Shown here one piece after another: positions 37,153-46,232 of a stretch of 64,000 nt of DNA (within the stretch, counting starts at the first letter, position 1; each line of letters starts with the position of its first letter). Origin of the DNA: an uncultured bacterium (lineage in GTDB: Bacteria; Patescibacteriota; Dojkabacteria; SC72); contig CAIVJR010000007.1 of the NCBI GenBank assembly GCA_903906305.1, forward strand, positions 45,809 through 109,808, in the 5' to 3' direction. The notes beneath the pieces were generated by a model, which had not been told where the DNA came from, ran no database searches, and worked only from the letters and a program-made list of their open reading frames with translations. The translations under genes were made by a program, and so were the position numbers.

Positions 37153-38001
37153 CTAGTCTATTCTGAAGAACTGTAATATCTGATCCATATATTCAGTATC
37201 CAAATCAAAGTGAGATTTTCCTTCCAATGTTACTAATGTAATATCTTTTCCTAAATTCTTCATATATGCTACAAAGTTTACGGAGTTTGAATACCCAATA
37301 TTTACATCCTTTGTACCATGCCATATTTGCATATCCACATCTGCCATCTTCTCAGCATCAGCCTTTGTCCATTCATATGTTCTTGTTGTTGGTGCTAGCA
37401 AGGCAATCTTTGCAATATTCTCAGGATATTTAACTGCAAAATGAGTAGTAGGCAAACCACCCATACTAAATCCAATTAAATATATTTTTCCACTAGTAGT
37501 GTAATGTGATTCGATCCATTGTTGAAGAAGTAGCATATCCGCAATGGAAGCTGCATTTCCCCAGTTTTCATCATGTTCATTAGAAGCGGCGAATATGAAG
37601 TTCTGTTCTCTAAAATATTTGCCATATCCTTGTAAGTCAATCATGAATGGGTCATACATATCAGAAATGACTCTTGTATTAGAGCCGTGGCTATACAAAA
37701 TTATTGAGGGAGGGTTAGTTGTATCTATACTTGTAGGAACAGATATATATGCTGTTTGTCCTTCAAACTCACGAACTATTTCGGCATACTTTGGACCTTC
37801 GGGCTCGTATTTGTCAGGATATGGATCTTCATTTTTTTCTTCTTCAGTAACAGGAAGATCTTCACTTTTTGTTTCTGTCTTAGGAGGATTTTTTTCTACC
37901 AATACCTGGTATGCAAGATATGCGGGGAAGGCTAAAAGGAGTAAGAAGACTATAAAGAGTACAATATCACTAATGTGTATTTTTTTCTTTGTATCTTCCA
38001 T
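37153..38001 (-). CDS. alpha/beta-hydrolase (esterase/lipase-like), membrane-anchored
   Basis: An N-terminal TM helix is present. The nucleophile elbow is GFSMGG (GxSxG), and downstream D and H are present. Confidence 0.65.
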   Translation of the reverse strand: MEDTKKKIHISDIVLFIVFLLLLAFPAYLAYQVLVEKNPPKTETKSEDLPVTEEEKNEDPYPDKYEPEGPKYAEIVREFEGQTAYISVPTSIDTTNPPSIILYSHGSNTRVISDMYDPFMIDLQGYGKYFREQNFIFAASNEHDENWGNAASIADMLLLQQWIESHYTTSGKIYLIGFSMGGLPTTHFAVKYPENIAKIALLAPTTRTYEWTKADAEKMADVDMQIWHGTKDVNIGYSNSVNFVAYMKNLGKDITLVTLEGKSHFDLDTEYMDQILQFFRID

Positions 38002-38066
38002 ACAATAATTATATGTATTTTCACCCTCCCTGTCTATGAGATGGTATAATATTAATTACTTAAATT

Positions 38067-38834
38067 TTGGGGCTTAATGAAATGACAGAAACAAAGAAAA
38101 GTGAGACCAAAGAGGTGGTCATAAACCTCGATACATTCGCAATTCCTTTAGCAATAATAATCGCAGGTGTAATAATTGCACTTGGTATATTTTTTGCAAA
38201 CAGGAATGCAGATACTAAAGGTTCTGCAAATACAAATGATACGACTAATACAGATACCACAGGGGATACCTACAAATCAGCTACTACTAAGATAGCTGAT
38301 GGTGCAGTGTTAGGAAATAGGGATAAGGCAAAGGTTGCGATAGTTATGTACAGCGACTATCAGTGTCCATACTGTCAGACTTTTGAGAAGGATACTTTGT
38401 CTGATATTGTAAGTAACTATGTTGATACCGATCAGGCTATATTTGTATTTAGAAACTACCCATTGAGCTTCCACGGTGATATTACATATACCTCTGCATA
38501 TGCAGGAGAGTGTGTGCTTGACCAATTAGGAAGTGAGAAGTTGAGAGAATTCCATAGCAAAACATATTTGGCTAAAGATATGACAGCAGTCAATACCGCG
38601 GCTCAGGAATTAGGTGTTGATATGACTAAGTACAATGCTTGTGTAACCAATCAAACATTCAAGGGTAGAGTAGACGCAGACTTTACAGCAGGACAAGCTG
38701 CAGGAGTCACAGGGACCCCAGGATTTGTTGTTGGTACATTGGATGGTGATGGCAATGTAACAGGTAAGCTCATCGAAGGAGCATATCCATTCGCATCATT
38801 CAAAGCAGTAATTGATGAGATGCTAGCTAAGTAA
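38067..38834 (+). CDS. DsbA-family thiol:disulfide oxidoreductase, membrane-anchored
   Basis: An N-terminal TM helix and the CPYC active site are present within a thioredoxin fold. Confidence 0.75.
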   Translation: MGLNEMTETKKSETKEVVINLDTFAIPLAIIIAGVIIALGIFFANRNADTKGSANTNDTTNTDTTGDTYKSATTKIADGAVLGNRDKAKVAIVMYSDYQCPYCQTFEKDTLSDIVSNYVDTDQAIFVFRNYPLSFHGDITYTSAYAGECVLDQLGSEKLREFHSKTYLAKDMTAVNTAAQELGVDMTKYNACVTNQTFKGRVDADFTAGQAAGVTGTPGFVVGTLDGDGNVTGKLIEGAYPFASFKAVIDEMLAK

Positions 38835-38843
38835 AACCCCCTT

Positions 38844-38869
38844 CCAGGACTGACCTAGGTCAGTCCTGG
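38844..38869. repeat. 26-nt perfect palindrome (left flank of the RAYT gene)
   Basis: The sequence CCAGGACTGACCTAGGTCAGTCCTGG is its own reverse complement. Confidence 0.7.
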
Positions 38870-38910
38870 GGTTCATTCAGATTTAATAACCCAGTGCTAC
38901 AATTGGGTTT

Positions 38911-39387
38911 ATGAATAAACTCCAGGTTATCAAACTGTATCGAAGTGAAAACTTTTACCATATATATAACCGAGGCAATAATAAGGCCTTGATTTCTCGT
39001 ACCAATAAAGATTACTTAGCCTTAAGAGGTTTGATGTATAGATTTTCCAAAGAGAATAAATTGTTAGTTGTAAGCTACTGCTTCATGCCAAACCATTTCC
39101 ATATGATTATTAAGCTTAGAGACGATTTAGAGGGTATATCCAAATTCATGCGGGCATACATGACCTCATATGTTATGTACTTCAACAGAAAATACCGAAG
39201 AGTGGGTCATTTATTTCAAGGTCCATTTCAGGCGAGGAGAATTGAAGACGATAGGGATTTGTATAAGGTTATAGAATACATAAAACGAAACCCAATTGAA
39301 GCAGGATTAATCTCGTCTAAAACAGGCCAGAAATATCGATGGTTATTTGTAAAAAGGACATTCGATAGGAGGGGAGGACTGACCTAG
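38911..39387 (+). CDS. REP-associated tyrosine transposase (RAYT, IS200/IS605 TnpA-like HUH Y1 enzyme)
   Basis: YHIYNRGNNKALISRTNKDY matches the RAYT N-terminus. The HUH motif is HFHMII, and the catalytic Tyr region is YIKRNPIEAGLI. Confidence 0.75.
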   Translation: MNKLQVIKLYRSENFYHIYNRGNNKALISRTNKDYLALRGLMYRFSKENKLLVVSYCFMPNHFHMIIKLRDDLEGISKFMRAYMTSYVMYFNRKYRRVGHLFQGPFQARRIEDDRDLYKVIEYIKRNPIEAGLISSKTGQKYRWLFVKRTFDRRGGLT

Positions 39388-39398
39388 GTCAGTCCTCC
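39373..39398. repeat. 26-nt perfect palindrome (right flank of the RAYT gene)
   Basis: The sequence GGAGGACTGACCTAGGTCAGTCCTCC has the same 22-nt core as the left copy. Confidence 0.7.
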
Positions 39399-39406
39399 TT
39401 AGGTCG

Positions 39407-40552
39407 TCATTTCTTTTTTCCTTTGTTCCAAGCTTCTAACTTCATCCTTACAAATGCTCCTACCGCTGTGGACATTAGGGTTACTGAGTAGAAGAATCCG
39501 ACGAATGGTACTAGTCCAACCAATACGGAGATTAATCGTCCGATTGCGAGGGACTTAAATGGTCTGTAACCTTCTGATTTAAGCAAGTGTAATATCTCTT
39601 GTCCAAATGCAGTTTCCACCCATAGCTGACCGAAGACGGTTAGGAACAGGATTAATCCGAATACAAAGAATGCTAATGGAAGACCTACTAATGAAATGCT
39701 TAACAAAAGTAAGGCTACTGGTGCAACTACTAAAATTCCAAATCCAATCAGCAAACTGAAGATAAAGTCTTTTGGACTTCCTGTGACTTTTGCCATAATC
39801 TTACCCGTTTTAACAGGTGCAGAAGCGATCATTACATACCCGACTAGACTTAAACTACAGAATGAAAATAGAGCTCCAAATAGTTTGTCTGTCCAGTTCG
39901 TGGTATATACCTTTGGAGTGTTCATATTAACCTCTTTATCAAAGATTACGCCTTGATCTTTTGCAATATTCTCAATCCTTGCAGAGTCATATATGTTTCC
40001 AGTTACTTTTTCTTCTTGTAAACTATATTTGCTTCCTAAAACAATTAAATCACCTTTGATTAATGTATCGATTGTTCCATCGCTTGTAATGAATCTTGCA
40101 TCATCACCAACTGAACCAGTTAGACTTGTTCTCATAGCTATATTTACATAGTCCATTTCAACATTACCACTGAAGGTTACGGTTGAACCAATAGTATATG
40201 CATTAGCTTTGATTATGCCTTGTACAGAAATGTCATTACCAACTGCAATGAGATTTCCATATGTATTTCCAGTGAATGTGATATTTGAACCTACTACATA
40301 TACATCTCCAGTTACTGTTCCAGTGATTTTTACATCTGTAGCAGCAACAAAGAGATCTCCTTGGACTAAACCATTGATCTCGGTGTAACTGTTAGTTATG
40401 TAAAGATCATCCGCGACGGTTTGATCTTGGTTTAAGGTGTAATCCTTAAAATGAAATTCTGCAGCATTAGCTGGTTTTGCAGCTACGATACCGATGAGTA
40501 CTGTTAGCAAAGGAATTGCTAGTATACTTAAGAGTCTTTTTGAAATGGACAT
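39407..40552 (-). CDS. secreted beta-helix-repeat protein with C-terminal TM helices (bactofilin-like repeats?)
   Basis: A signal peptide is followed by repeated (V/I)xGxVxGD(V/L) units, then 3-4 TM helices. Confidence 0.4.
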   Translation of the reverse strand: MSISKRLLSILAIPLLTVLIGIVAAKPANAAEFHFKDYTLNQDQTVADDLYITNSYTEINGLVQGDLFVAATDVKITGTVTGDVYVVGSNITFTGNTYGNLIAVGNDISVQGIIKANAYTIGSTVTFSGNVEMDYVNIAMRTSLTGSVGDDARFITSDGTIDTLIKGDLIVLGSKYSLQEEKVTGNIYDSARIENIAKDQGVIFDKEVNMNTPKVYTTNWTDKLFGALFSFCSLSLVGYVMIASAPVKTGKIMAKVTGSPKDFIFSLLIGFGILVVAPVALLLLSISLVGLPLAFFVFGLILFLTVFGQLWVETAFGQEILHLLKSEGYRPFKSLAIGRLISVLVGLVPFVGFFYSVTLMSTAVGAFVRMKLEAWNKGKKK

Positions 40553-40627
40553 TGTTTTTTTAATGATAATTTACTACATATATAGTAGCACAAATGGATA
40601 AGTGTCGATATAGTGAAAAAAACTTGG

Positions 40628-40656
40628 TTGAATGAATTCCCTCTGTAGTTTATACT
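40628..40656 (+). promoter_or_regulatory. sigma70-like promoter (TTGAAT-17 nt-TATACT) upstream of the glycan cluster
   Basis: TTGAAT is at 40628-40633 and TATACT at 40651-40656, with an exact 17-nt spacer, about 37 nt upstream of the ATG. Confidence 0.35.
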
Positions 40657-40692
40657 ATGTAGAAATACATTATTTAAAAGCAAGATATATCT

Positions 40693-41706
40693 ATGACAAA
40701 CGAATCAAGCATATTTAAAGATAAAGTACTATTAATTACTGGTGGAACAGGATCGTTCGGTAATAGGGTATTAAAAAGATTTTTAAATACAGATATCAAA
40801 GAAATCAGAATCCTTTCTAGAGATGAAAAGAAGCAGGATGATATGAGAAAGAAGTATGCAAATGACAAGATTAAATTTTTCATTGGTGATGTAAGAGATA
40901 TCAGTTCTGTAGATAACGTAATGAATGGGGTAGACTATGTCTTTCAGGCAGCAGCTTTAAAGCAAGTCCCTTCGTGTGAATTTTTCCCTCTTGAAGCTGT
41001 AAAGACAAATATTTTAGGAACGGATAATGTATTAACTTCCGCAATAAAGAATAAGGTAAAGAAAGTGATATGTTTAAGTACTGACAAAGCAGCATATCCA
41101 ATAAATGCAATGGGAATGAGTAAAGCATTAATGGAGAAAGTTGCAATTGCTAAGGCAAGAAGAGTTGATGAAGGAGGAACAGTAATCTGTGTTACAAGAT
41201 ATGGTAATGTAATGGGTTCAAGAGGTTCTGTAATCCCTCTTTTCTATGATTTAATCAGTAAAGATCAACCTTTAACAATCACAAATCCAGAAATGACTAG
41301 ATTCATGATGACATTAGATGATGCAGTTGAATTGGTATTATTTGCTTTCCAAAATGGTAACCCTGGAGATCTATTTATTCAAAAAGCCCCTGCAGCAACC
41401 ATTCAAACATTAGTAGAAGCAGTCTGTAAACATAAAGGAGTACCTGTAAATACTAAAGTAATTGGAACAAGGCATGGTGAGAAGGAATATGAGACTTTAG
41501 TAACAAAGGAAGAGATGCTAAGAGCAGAGGATATGGGTGACTATTTCAGAGTTGGAATGGATGAGAGAGATTTGAACTACGAAAAATACTTTGAAAAGGG
41601 TGAGACAAAGATAGAAAAGGTAGAGGAATATAATTCTAGAGATACTGAGAGATTAGATGTTGATGGAATGGTAAAACTCTTAATTAAAATGGGAGAGGTA
41701 GAATAA
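40693..41706 (+). CDS. UDP-GlcNAc 4,6-dehydratase/5-epimerase (CapE/FnlA/WbjB family)
   Basis: LLITGGTGSFGN, SRDEKKQDDMRKKY, AALKQVPSCEF and STDKAAYPINAMGMSKALMEK all match my memory of CapE/FnlA. Confidence 0.85.
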   Translation: MTNESSIFKDKVLLITGGTGSFGNRVLKRFLNTDIKEIRILSRDEKKQDDMRKKYANDKIKFFIGDVRDISSVDNVMNGVDYVFQAAALKQVPSCEFFPLEAVKTNILGTDNVLTSAIKNKVKKVICLSTDKAAYPINAMGMSKALMEKVAIAKARRVDEGGTVICVTRYGNVMGSRGSVIPLFYDLISKDQPLTITNPEMTRFMMTLDDAVELVLFAFQNGNPGDLFIQKAPAATIQTLVEAVCKHKGVPVNTKVIGTRHGEKEYETLVTKEEMLRAEDMGDYFRVGMDERDLNYEKYFEKGETKIEKVEEYNSRDTERLDVDGMVKLLIKMGEVE

Positions 41707-42566
41707 TGAAAATACTTTTACTTGGTGCGCAAGGAATGTTAGGACATGTTGTTAAAACATATTTTGAAGAACACGACTATGATGTAGTTTGCACAAACAG
41801 AGATGATAGAAAATCAGATCTATTCTGGGATGTTGTAGAGAACTTGCAAGATGTTGAAAAGATTATTGAAAAACAAAAACCAGCTGTAGTTATAAACTGT
41901 ACTGGGATTTTGAATAAGGTTGCAGAAGATAACAAATCATTAGCAGTGTTAATGAATAGCTATCTTCCTCACTATTTAGATGAGCTATCTGCAAAGTATA
42001 ACTACAAATTTGTTCATGTCAGTACCGATTGTGTTTTCAGTGGCGATAAAGGGGGCTATGATGAAACAAGTTTTAGAGATGCAAACAATTTCTATGGTCA
42101 ATCTAAAGCTTTGGGAGAAGTGATTAACGATAGAAGCGTAACTTTGAGAACTTCTATTGTGGGTCCTGATGTTAATCCAAATGGTATTGGTCTTTTTCAG
42201 TGGTTTATGAATCAAAAAGATACAGCAGGAGGATATACAAAAGTATTATGGACGGGTATTACAACCATCGAGTATGCGAAGGCAATGGAAGTTGCCATTA
42301 AGAATAACTTAGTGGGATTACATCATGTTGTTAATAATGAAGTTATCCCTAAACGTGATCTTTTAGAACTTTTCAAAAAATATTTTGATAAAGATATAAC
42401 TATTGAACCGAATGATACTGTTGAAAGTAAAAAAACAATCTTTAGAACTGATACGAGTTATGATTTTAAGGTTCCAAGCTATGACCAGATGGTTTCTGAG
42501 ATGAGAGATTGGGTAGTATCACATAAAGAAATGTATCCTGATTTAATTAGGGATATGAAAATTTAA
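41706..42566 (+). CDS. short-chain dehydrogenase/reductase, CapF/FnlB/WbjC-like (RmlD-like fold)
   Basis: The Rossmann start is MKILLLGAQGMLG. Its position between the CapE-like and WecB-like genes supports the call. Confidence 0.65.
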   Translation: MKILLLGAQGMLGHVVKTYFEEHDYDVVCTNRDDRKSDLFWDVVENLQDVEKIIEKQKPAVVINCTGILNKVAEDNKSLAVLMNSYLPHYLDELSAKYNYKFVHVSTDCVFSGDKGGYDETSFRDANNFYGQSKALGEVINDRSVTLRTSIVGPDVNPNGIGLFQWFMNQKDTAGGYTKVLWTGITTIEYAKAMEVAIKNNLVGLHHVVNNEVIPKRDLLELFKKYFDKDITIEPNDTVESKKTIFRTDTSYDFKVPSYDQMVSEMRDWVVSHKEMYPDLIRDMKI

Positions 42567-42584
42567 ATTGTTTCTTCAAGAATA

Positions 42585-43694
42585 ATGAAAGTAATGACAA
42601 TCGTTGGTACACGACCAGAAATTATTAAACTCTCATGTGTTATAGATGAGTTAGACAAATTTACAGATCATATTCTTGTTCATACAGGTCAGAATTATGA
42701 CTATGAATTAAACGAAATCTTCTTTGAGGGTATGGGTATTAGAAAGCCAGATATCTTTATGAATGCTGCCGGAGAGAATCCTGCAGAAACCATTGGTAAT
42801 GTTATCAAAATGTCGGATGAACTTTTTAAAGAACATAAGCCAGATGCATTGCTGATATATGGGGATACAAATTCATGTTTGTCAGTAATATCTGCAAAAA
42901 GAAACAAGATTCCTGTCTTCCATATGGAAGCCGGAAATAGATGTTTTGATCAAAGAGTTCCAGAAGAGATAAATAGAAAGATTGTAGATCACTTGAGTGA
43001 TATTAATATGCCTATTACTGAACATGCTAGGCGATATTTATTAGCTGAGGGTATTGCTCCGGAAACTATTATTAAAGTGGGTTCAAGTATGAAAGAGGTT
43101 TTAGAAAAAAATAAAGAAAGTATTGAAAAGAGCAAGGTATTGGAAGAATTAGGATTAGAGCCTAAAGAATATTTTGTGTTAAGTACCCATAGGGAAGAGA
43201 ATTTGGATAATCCAAAGAACTTGGAAGAGTTAGTGAATTCTATAAATGCAGTTGCCCAAAAATATGGTAAGCCTATTATATTCTCTACTCATCCTAGAAC
43301 TCAGAAGAAGATCGATGCAGGGGATATTGTATTTGATCCTTTAGTAAAGATAATGAAACCTCTTGGTTTTGCTGATTATATTACCTTACAAAAAAATTCT
43401 TTCTGTGTTATTTCTGATAGTGGTACTATTACAGAGGAATCTTCATTACTTGGATTCCCTGCTATTACTGTAAGACAGGCTCATGAGAGACCTGAGGGTA
43501 TGGATGAGGGAACAATCATAATGAGTGATTTGGATGCGGAGAGTGTTATAACTGCTATTGATGTTGTAACTACTGGAAACAAGCGAATGCACGTGGTTGA
43601 GGATTATAATACGGATGAATTAGCTACTAAGGTTGTAAGGATTATATTGAGTTACAAGGGATATATAAATAGAACAGTGTGGAAGAAGTATTAG
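42585..43694 (+). CDS. UDP-N-acetylhexosamine 2-epimerase (non-hydrolysing, WecB/CapG/FnlC family)
   Basis: IVGTRPEIIKL, HTGQNYD, DSGTITEES and a conserved H are present. Confidence 0.85.
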   Translation: MKVMTIVGTRPEIIKLSCVIDELDKFTDHILVHTGQNYDYELNEIFFEGMGIRKPDIFMNAAGENPAETIGNVIKMSDELFKEHKPDALLIYGDTNSCLSVISAKRNKIPVFHMEAGNRCFDQRVPEEINRKIVDHLSDINMPITEHARRYLLAEGIAPETIIKVGSSMKEVLEKNKESIEKSKVLEELGLEPKEYFVLSTHREENLDNPKNLEELVNSINAVAQKYGKPIIFSTHPRTQKKIDAGDIVFDPLVKIMKPLGFADYITLQKNSFCVISDSGTITEESSLLGFPAITVRQAHERPEGMDEGTIIMSDLDAESVITAIDVVTTGNKRMHVVEDYNTDELATKVVRIILSYKGYINRTVWKKY

Positions 43695-43704
43695 AAGTAT
43701 AAAA

Positions 43705-43923
43705 ATGAATAGCAAAGAAAAATATAATTATAGTAACAAAGAATCACAAAAACTTTTTGAAGAATTCACAATTCTCCTGGGAAAAATAACCTTGGATGCT
43801 GAAGAAAGGGGCAAGAAAATTTTATACTTAGAAAATGAGCTGGCAAAATACTCGAGCCTAAAATATATGTTGAAAATGATTTTTGCAAAAATAAAGAATA
43901 AGTTTGTGGTAAGTAAATCATGA
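43705..43923 (+). CDS. small hypothetical ORF (72 aa)
   Basis: Its reading frame abuts the next gene with a 4-nt overlap. I see no motif, so it may not be expressed. Confidence 0.25.
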   Translation: MNSKEKYNYSNKESQKLFEEFTILLGKITLDAEERGKKILYLENELAKYSSLKYMLKMIFAKIKNKFVVSKS

Positions 43924-45152
43924 AGATCCTATATGTAAATGATAATGATCTAATTGGTAGACGTTTCAATGGGCATGATTTACAGATTATGTTGAATAAG
44001 AAGAAGGGATATGAGGCTAAACAAGCTGTGATTGCAAAGCAAGGAACCGATCCTAACACAATAAGACTAATAAATACGGAAGGAGGATATTTCATTAGAA
44101 ATAAATGCCGAGAGATGGAGGAGAAATTGTCGATTCAATCTATGATATATCCTTTTGGAGAGTTGTTACGAGAACATCCTGCTTTCAAAGAGGCAGATAT
44201 TGTTCATTATCATCTTCTCTTTAATCACTTTATGTCTCTCTATTCTTTCAAACATTTAGCTCAGGAGAAACCTACTGTATGGACATTGCATGATCCATGG
44301 GCTTTAACAGGACATTGTGTGCATCCAATTGATTGTAAAGGATGGCTAACAGGTTGTCACAATTGTCCCCATCTTGATAGATATTCTCCATTGAAAGAAG
44401 ATAACTCACATGATATTTGGGAAATAAAAAAAGGAATATATAAAGATATAGATATAGATATTGTAGTAGCATCCCCATGGATGTTAGACCTTGTAAAGAG
44501 AAGTCCTTTGACTAAACATTTCAAACGAACTCACCTCATCCCCTTTGGAATAGACACAAACATTTTTAAGAAGAATATTAAGCATAAAGAATTAAGAAAA
44601 AAAATGAGTATTGATGAAAAATCTTTTGTTATAATGTTTAGGCAGGATGAGCAGGAATGGAAGGGTTTACCATATATCAAACAATTATTAGAGAAATTGG
44701 ACCAATCGTTAAATCTAACAATTTTAACCGTAGGGAACACAGGCTTATTAGATAAGTACAAAGACAAATTCCCAATTATCGAATATGAATGGTTAAACGA
44801 GCCAGAACAACTTGTAGAATTATATTCTGTTGCGAATTTGTTCTTAATGCCATCAATAGCTGAATCTTTTGGAATGATGGCAATTGAGGCGATGGGCTGC
44901 TCCCTACCTGTAGTCGTTTTCGAAGGAACGGCGCTTCCAAGTGTAACTTTTGCTCCTGAATGTGGCATTGCATTGGAAAAAGAAAATCCTGATGAATTTG
45001 TTGAAACAGTAACAAGGTTAGTCAAATCATCGGATGAATGTAAAAGAAGAGGAGATACAGGGAGAAAACTTGTAGAAGAGAATTATAATATAGAGTTGTA
45101 TAATCAAAGAATGATGAAATTGTATGACGAAATATCTGCCAGAATAAAATAA
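43920..45152 (+). CDS. glycosyltransferase, GT-B fold (GT4-like)
   Basis: The C-terminal E-x7-E region is AESFGMMAIEAMGCSLPVV. Confidence 0.75.
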   Translation: MKILYVNDNDLIGRRFNGHDLQIMLNKKKGYEAKQAVIAKQGTDPNTIRLINTEGGYFIRNKCREMEEKLSIQSMIYPFGELLREHPAFKEADIVHYHLLFNHFMSLYSFKHLAQEKPTVWTLHDPWALTGHCVHPIDCKGWLTGCHNCPHLDRYSPLKEDNSHDIWEIKKGIYKDIDIDIVVASPWMLDLVKRSPLTKHFKRTHLIPFGIDTNIFKKNIKHKELRKKMSIDEKSFVIMFRQDEQEWKGLPYIKQLLEKLDQSLNLTILTVGNTGLLDKYKDKFPIIEYEWLNEPEQLVELYSVANLFLMPSIAESFGMMAIEAMGCSLPVVVFEGTALPSVTFAPECGIALEKENPDEFVETVTRLVKSSDECKRRGDTGRKLVEENYNIELYNQRMMKLYDEISARIK

Positions 45153-45169
45153 TATTAATAAAAAGATAA

Positions 45170-46228
45170 ATGAAATCAGCAAAAAAGCGGATTGCGACAT
45201 TTAGTGAAGGAAATCTCAAGAATATCAAAATATATCTAACTGAAGAATACCAGGCAATTGCATATCCAAATGGTGATACAGATGTTCAGATGGTCAATGA
45301 TATCAAAAATAATCTCCCAAAGGGAAAAATAATATTTGATATTGGAACCTTTATAGGTGCCAGTTGTCTCGTCTTTGCGGAACTTGTTGGCAAAGATGGA
45401 AAAATTGTTGGTTTTGAGCCCAATCCTTTTAATAGAAAGAGAATAGCAGAGAACTTTACCTTGAATCCTGAACTCAAAAAAAGAATAACTGTCTCTCCAT
45501 TGGCGCTGTCAGATAAAGAAGGACAAATGACAATGACACTTAGTTCACAAATTGATAATGGATATAGCTCCACCTCTCGACTCAATCAAAGCCATCCAAC
45601 TCTTCATAATGATCAGCTCCCAAAAGGATTTGAAGAAGTTACTGTAGAAGTTACAACATTGGATAAATTTGTTGCTGAGAATAAAATAACACCTGATATT
45701 TTAAAGGTGGATATAGAAGGCGCAGAGTATGATTTCTTGCTTGGTGCAAAAAATACAATACAAAGATATAAACCAGTATTTTACATAGAATTACATTCAG
45801 AATTCTGTGCTGTAAGATGTGTAGAATTTCTTCATTCTATGCAATATGGGATTACAATATTGTATGAAGAAGAAGATAACCGAATAATGATTAAAGCCGA
45901 ATTTAATAAACAAACTGAAGCTATCTCAAACGACTTGGCAATTACAGCTCAAAGAAATCTTGATGCAAGTTTAAATATGATAAAAATTGCTGAGAAAGTT
46001 CTAAGTGATGAGGTTAAGAAGAATAAGGATTTGGAATCAAAGATTGAAACCCTTGGAAAAGAGATGGAAGATTTAAAAGCTCAAACTTTACCAATGAAAA
46101 AAGAGAACATTAACCTTAAAGAAGAAAATTATGCATTGAGAAATGCGCTTTCATCGTACGAGAATAGTAACAGTTGGAAAATAACAAAACCATTGCGTTC
46201 AATAAAGAATATATTACATAAAAAATAG
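45170..46228 (+). CDS. FkbM-family methyltransferase with C-terminal coiled coil
   Basis: FDIGTFIGASC is the FkbM SAM-binding motif. The last roughly 90 aa form strongly heptad-repeat coiled coil. Confidence 0.7.
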   Translation: MKSAKKRIATFSEGNLKNIKIYLTEEYQAIAYPNGDTDVQMVNDIKNNLPKGKIIFDIGTFIGASCLVFAELVGKDGKIVGFEPNPFNRKRIAENFTLNPELKKRITVSPLALSDKEGQMTMTLSSQIDNGYSSTSRLNQSHPTLHNDQLPKGFEEVTVEVTTLDKFVAENKITPDILKVDIEGAEYDFLLGAKNTIQRYKPVFYIELHSEFCAVRCVEFLHSMQYGITILYEEEDNRIMIKAEFNKQTEAISNDLAITAQRNLDASLNMIKIAEKVLSDEVKKNKDLESKIETLGKEMEDLKAQTLPMKKENINLKEENYALRNALSSYENSNSWKITKPLRSIKNILHKK

Positions 46229-46232
46229 AGAT

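Larger units (their letters stand above)
38844..39398 (+). mobile_element. REPtron-like unit: RAYT/IS200-family tyrosine transposase gene bracketed by identical palindromes
   Basis: The two palindromes share the core AGGACTGACCTAGGTCAGTCCT. The right copy contains the transposase stop codon. Confidence 0.55.
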
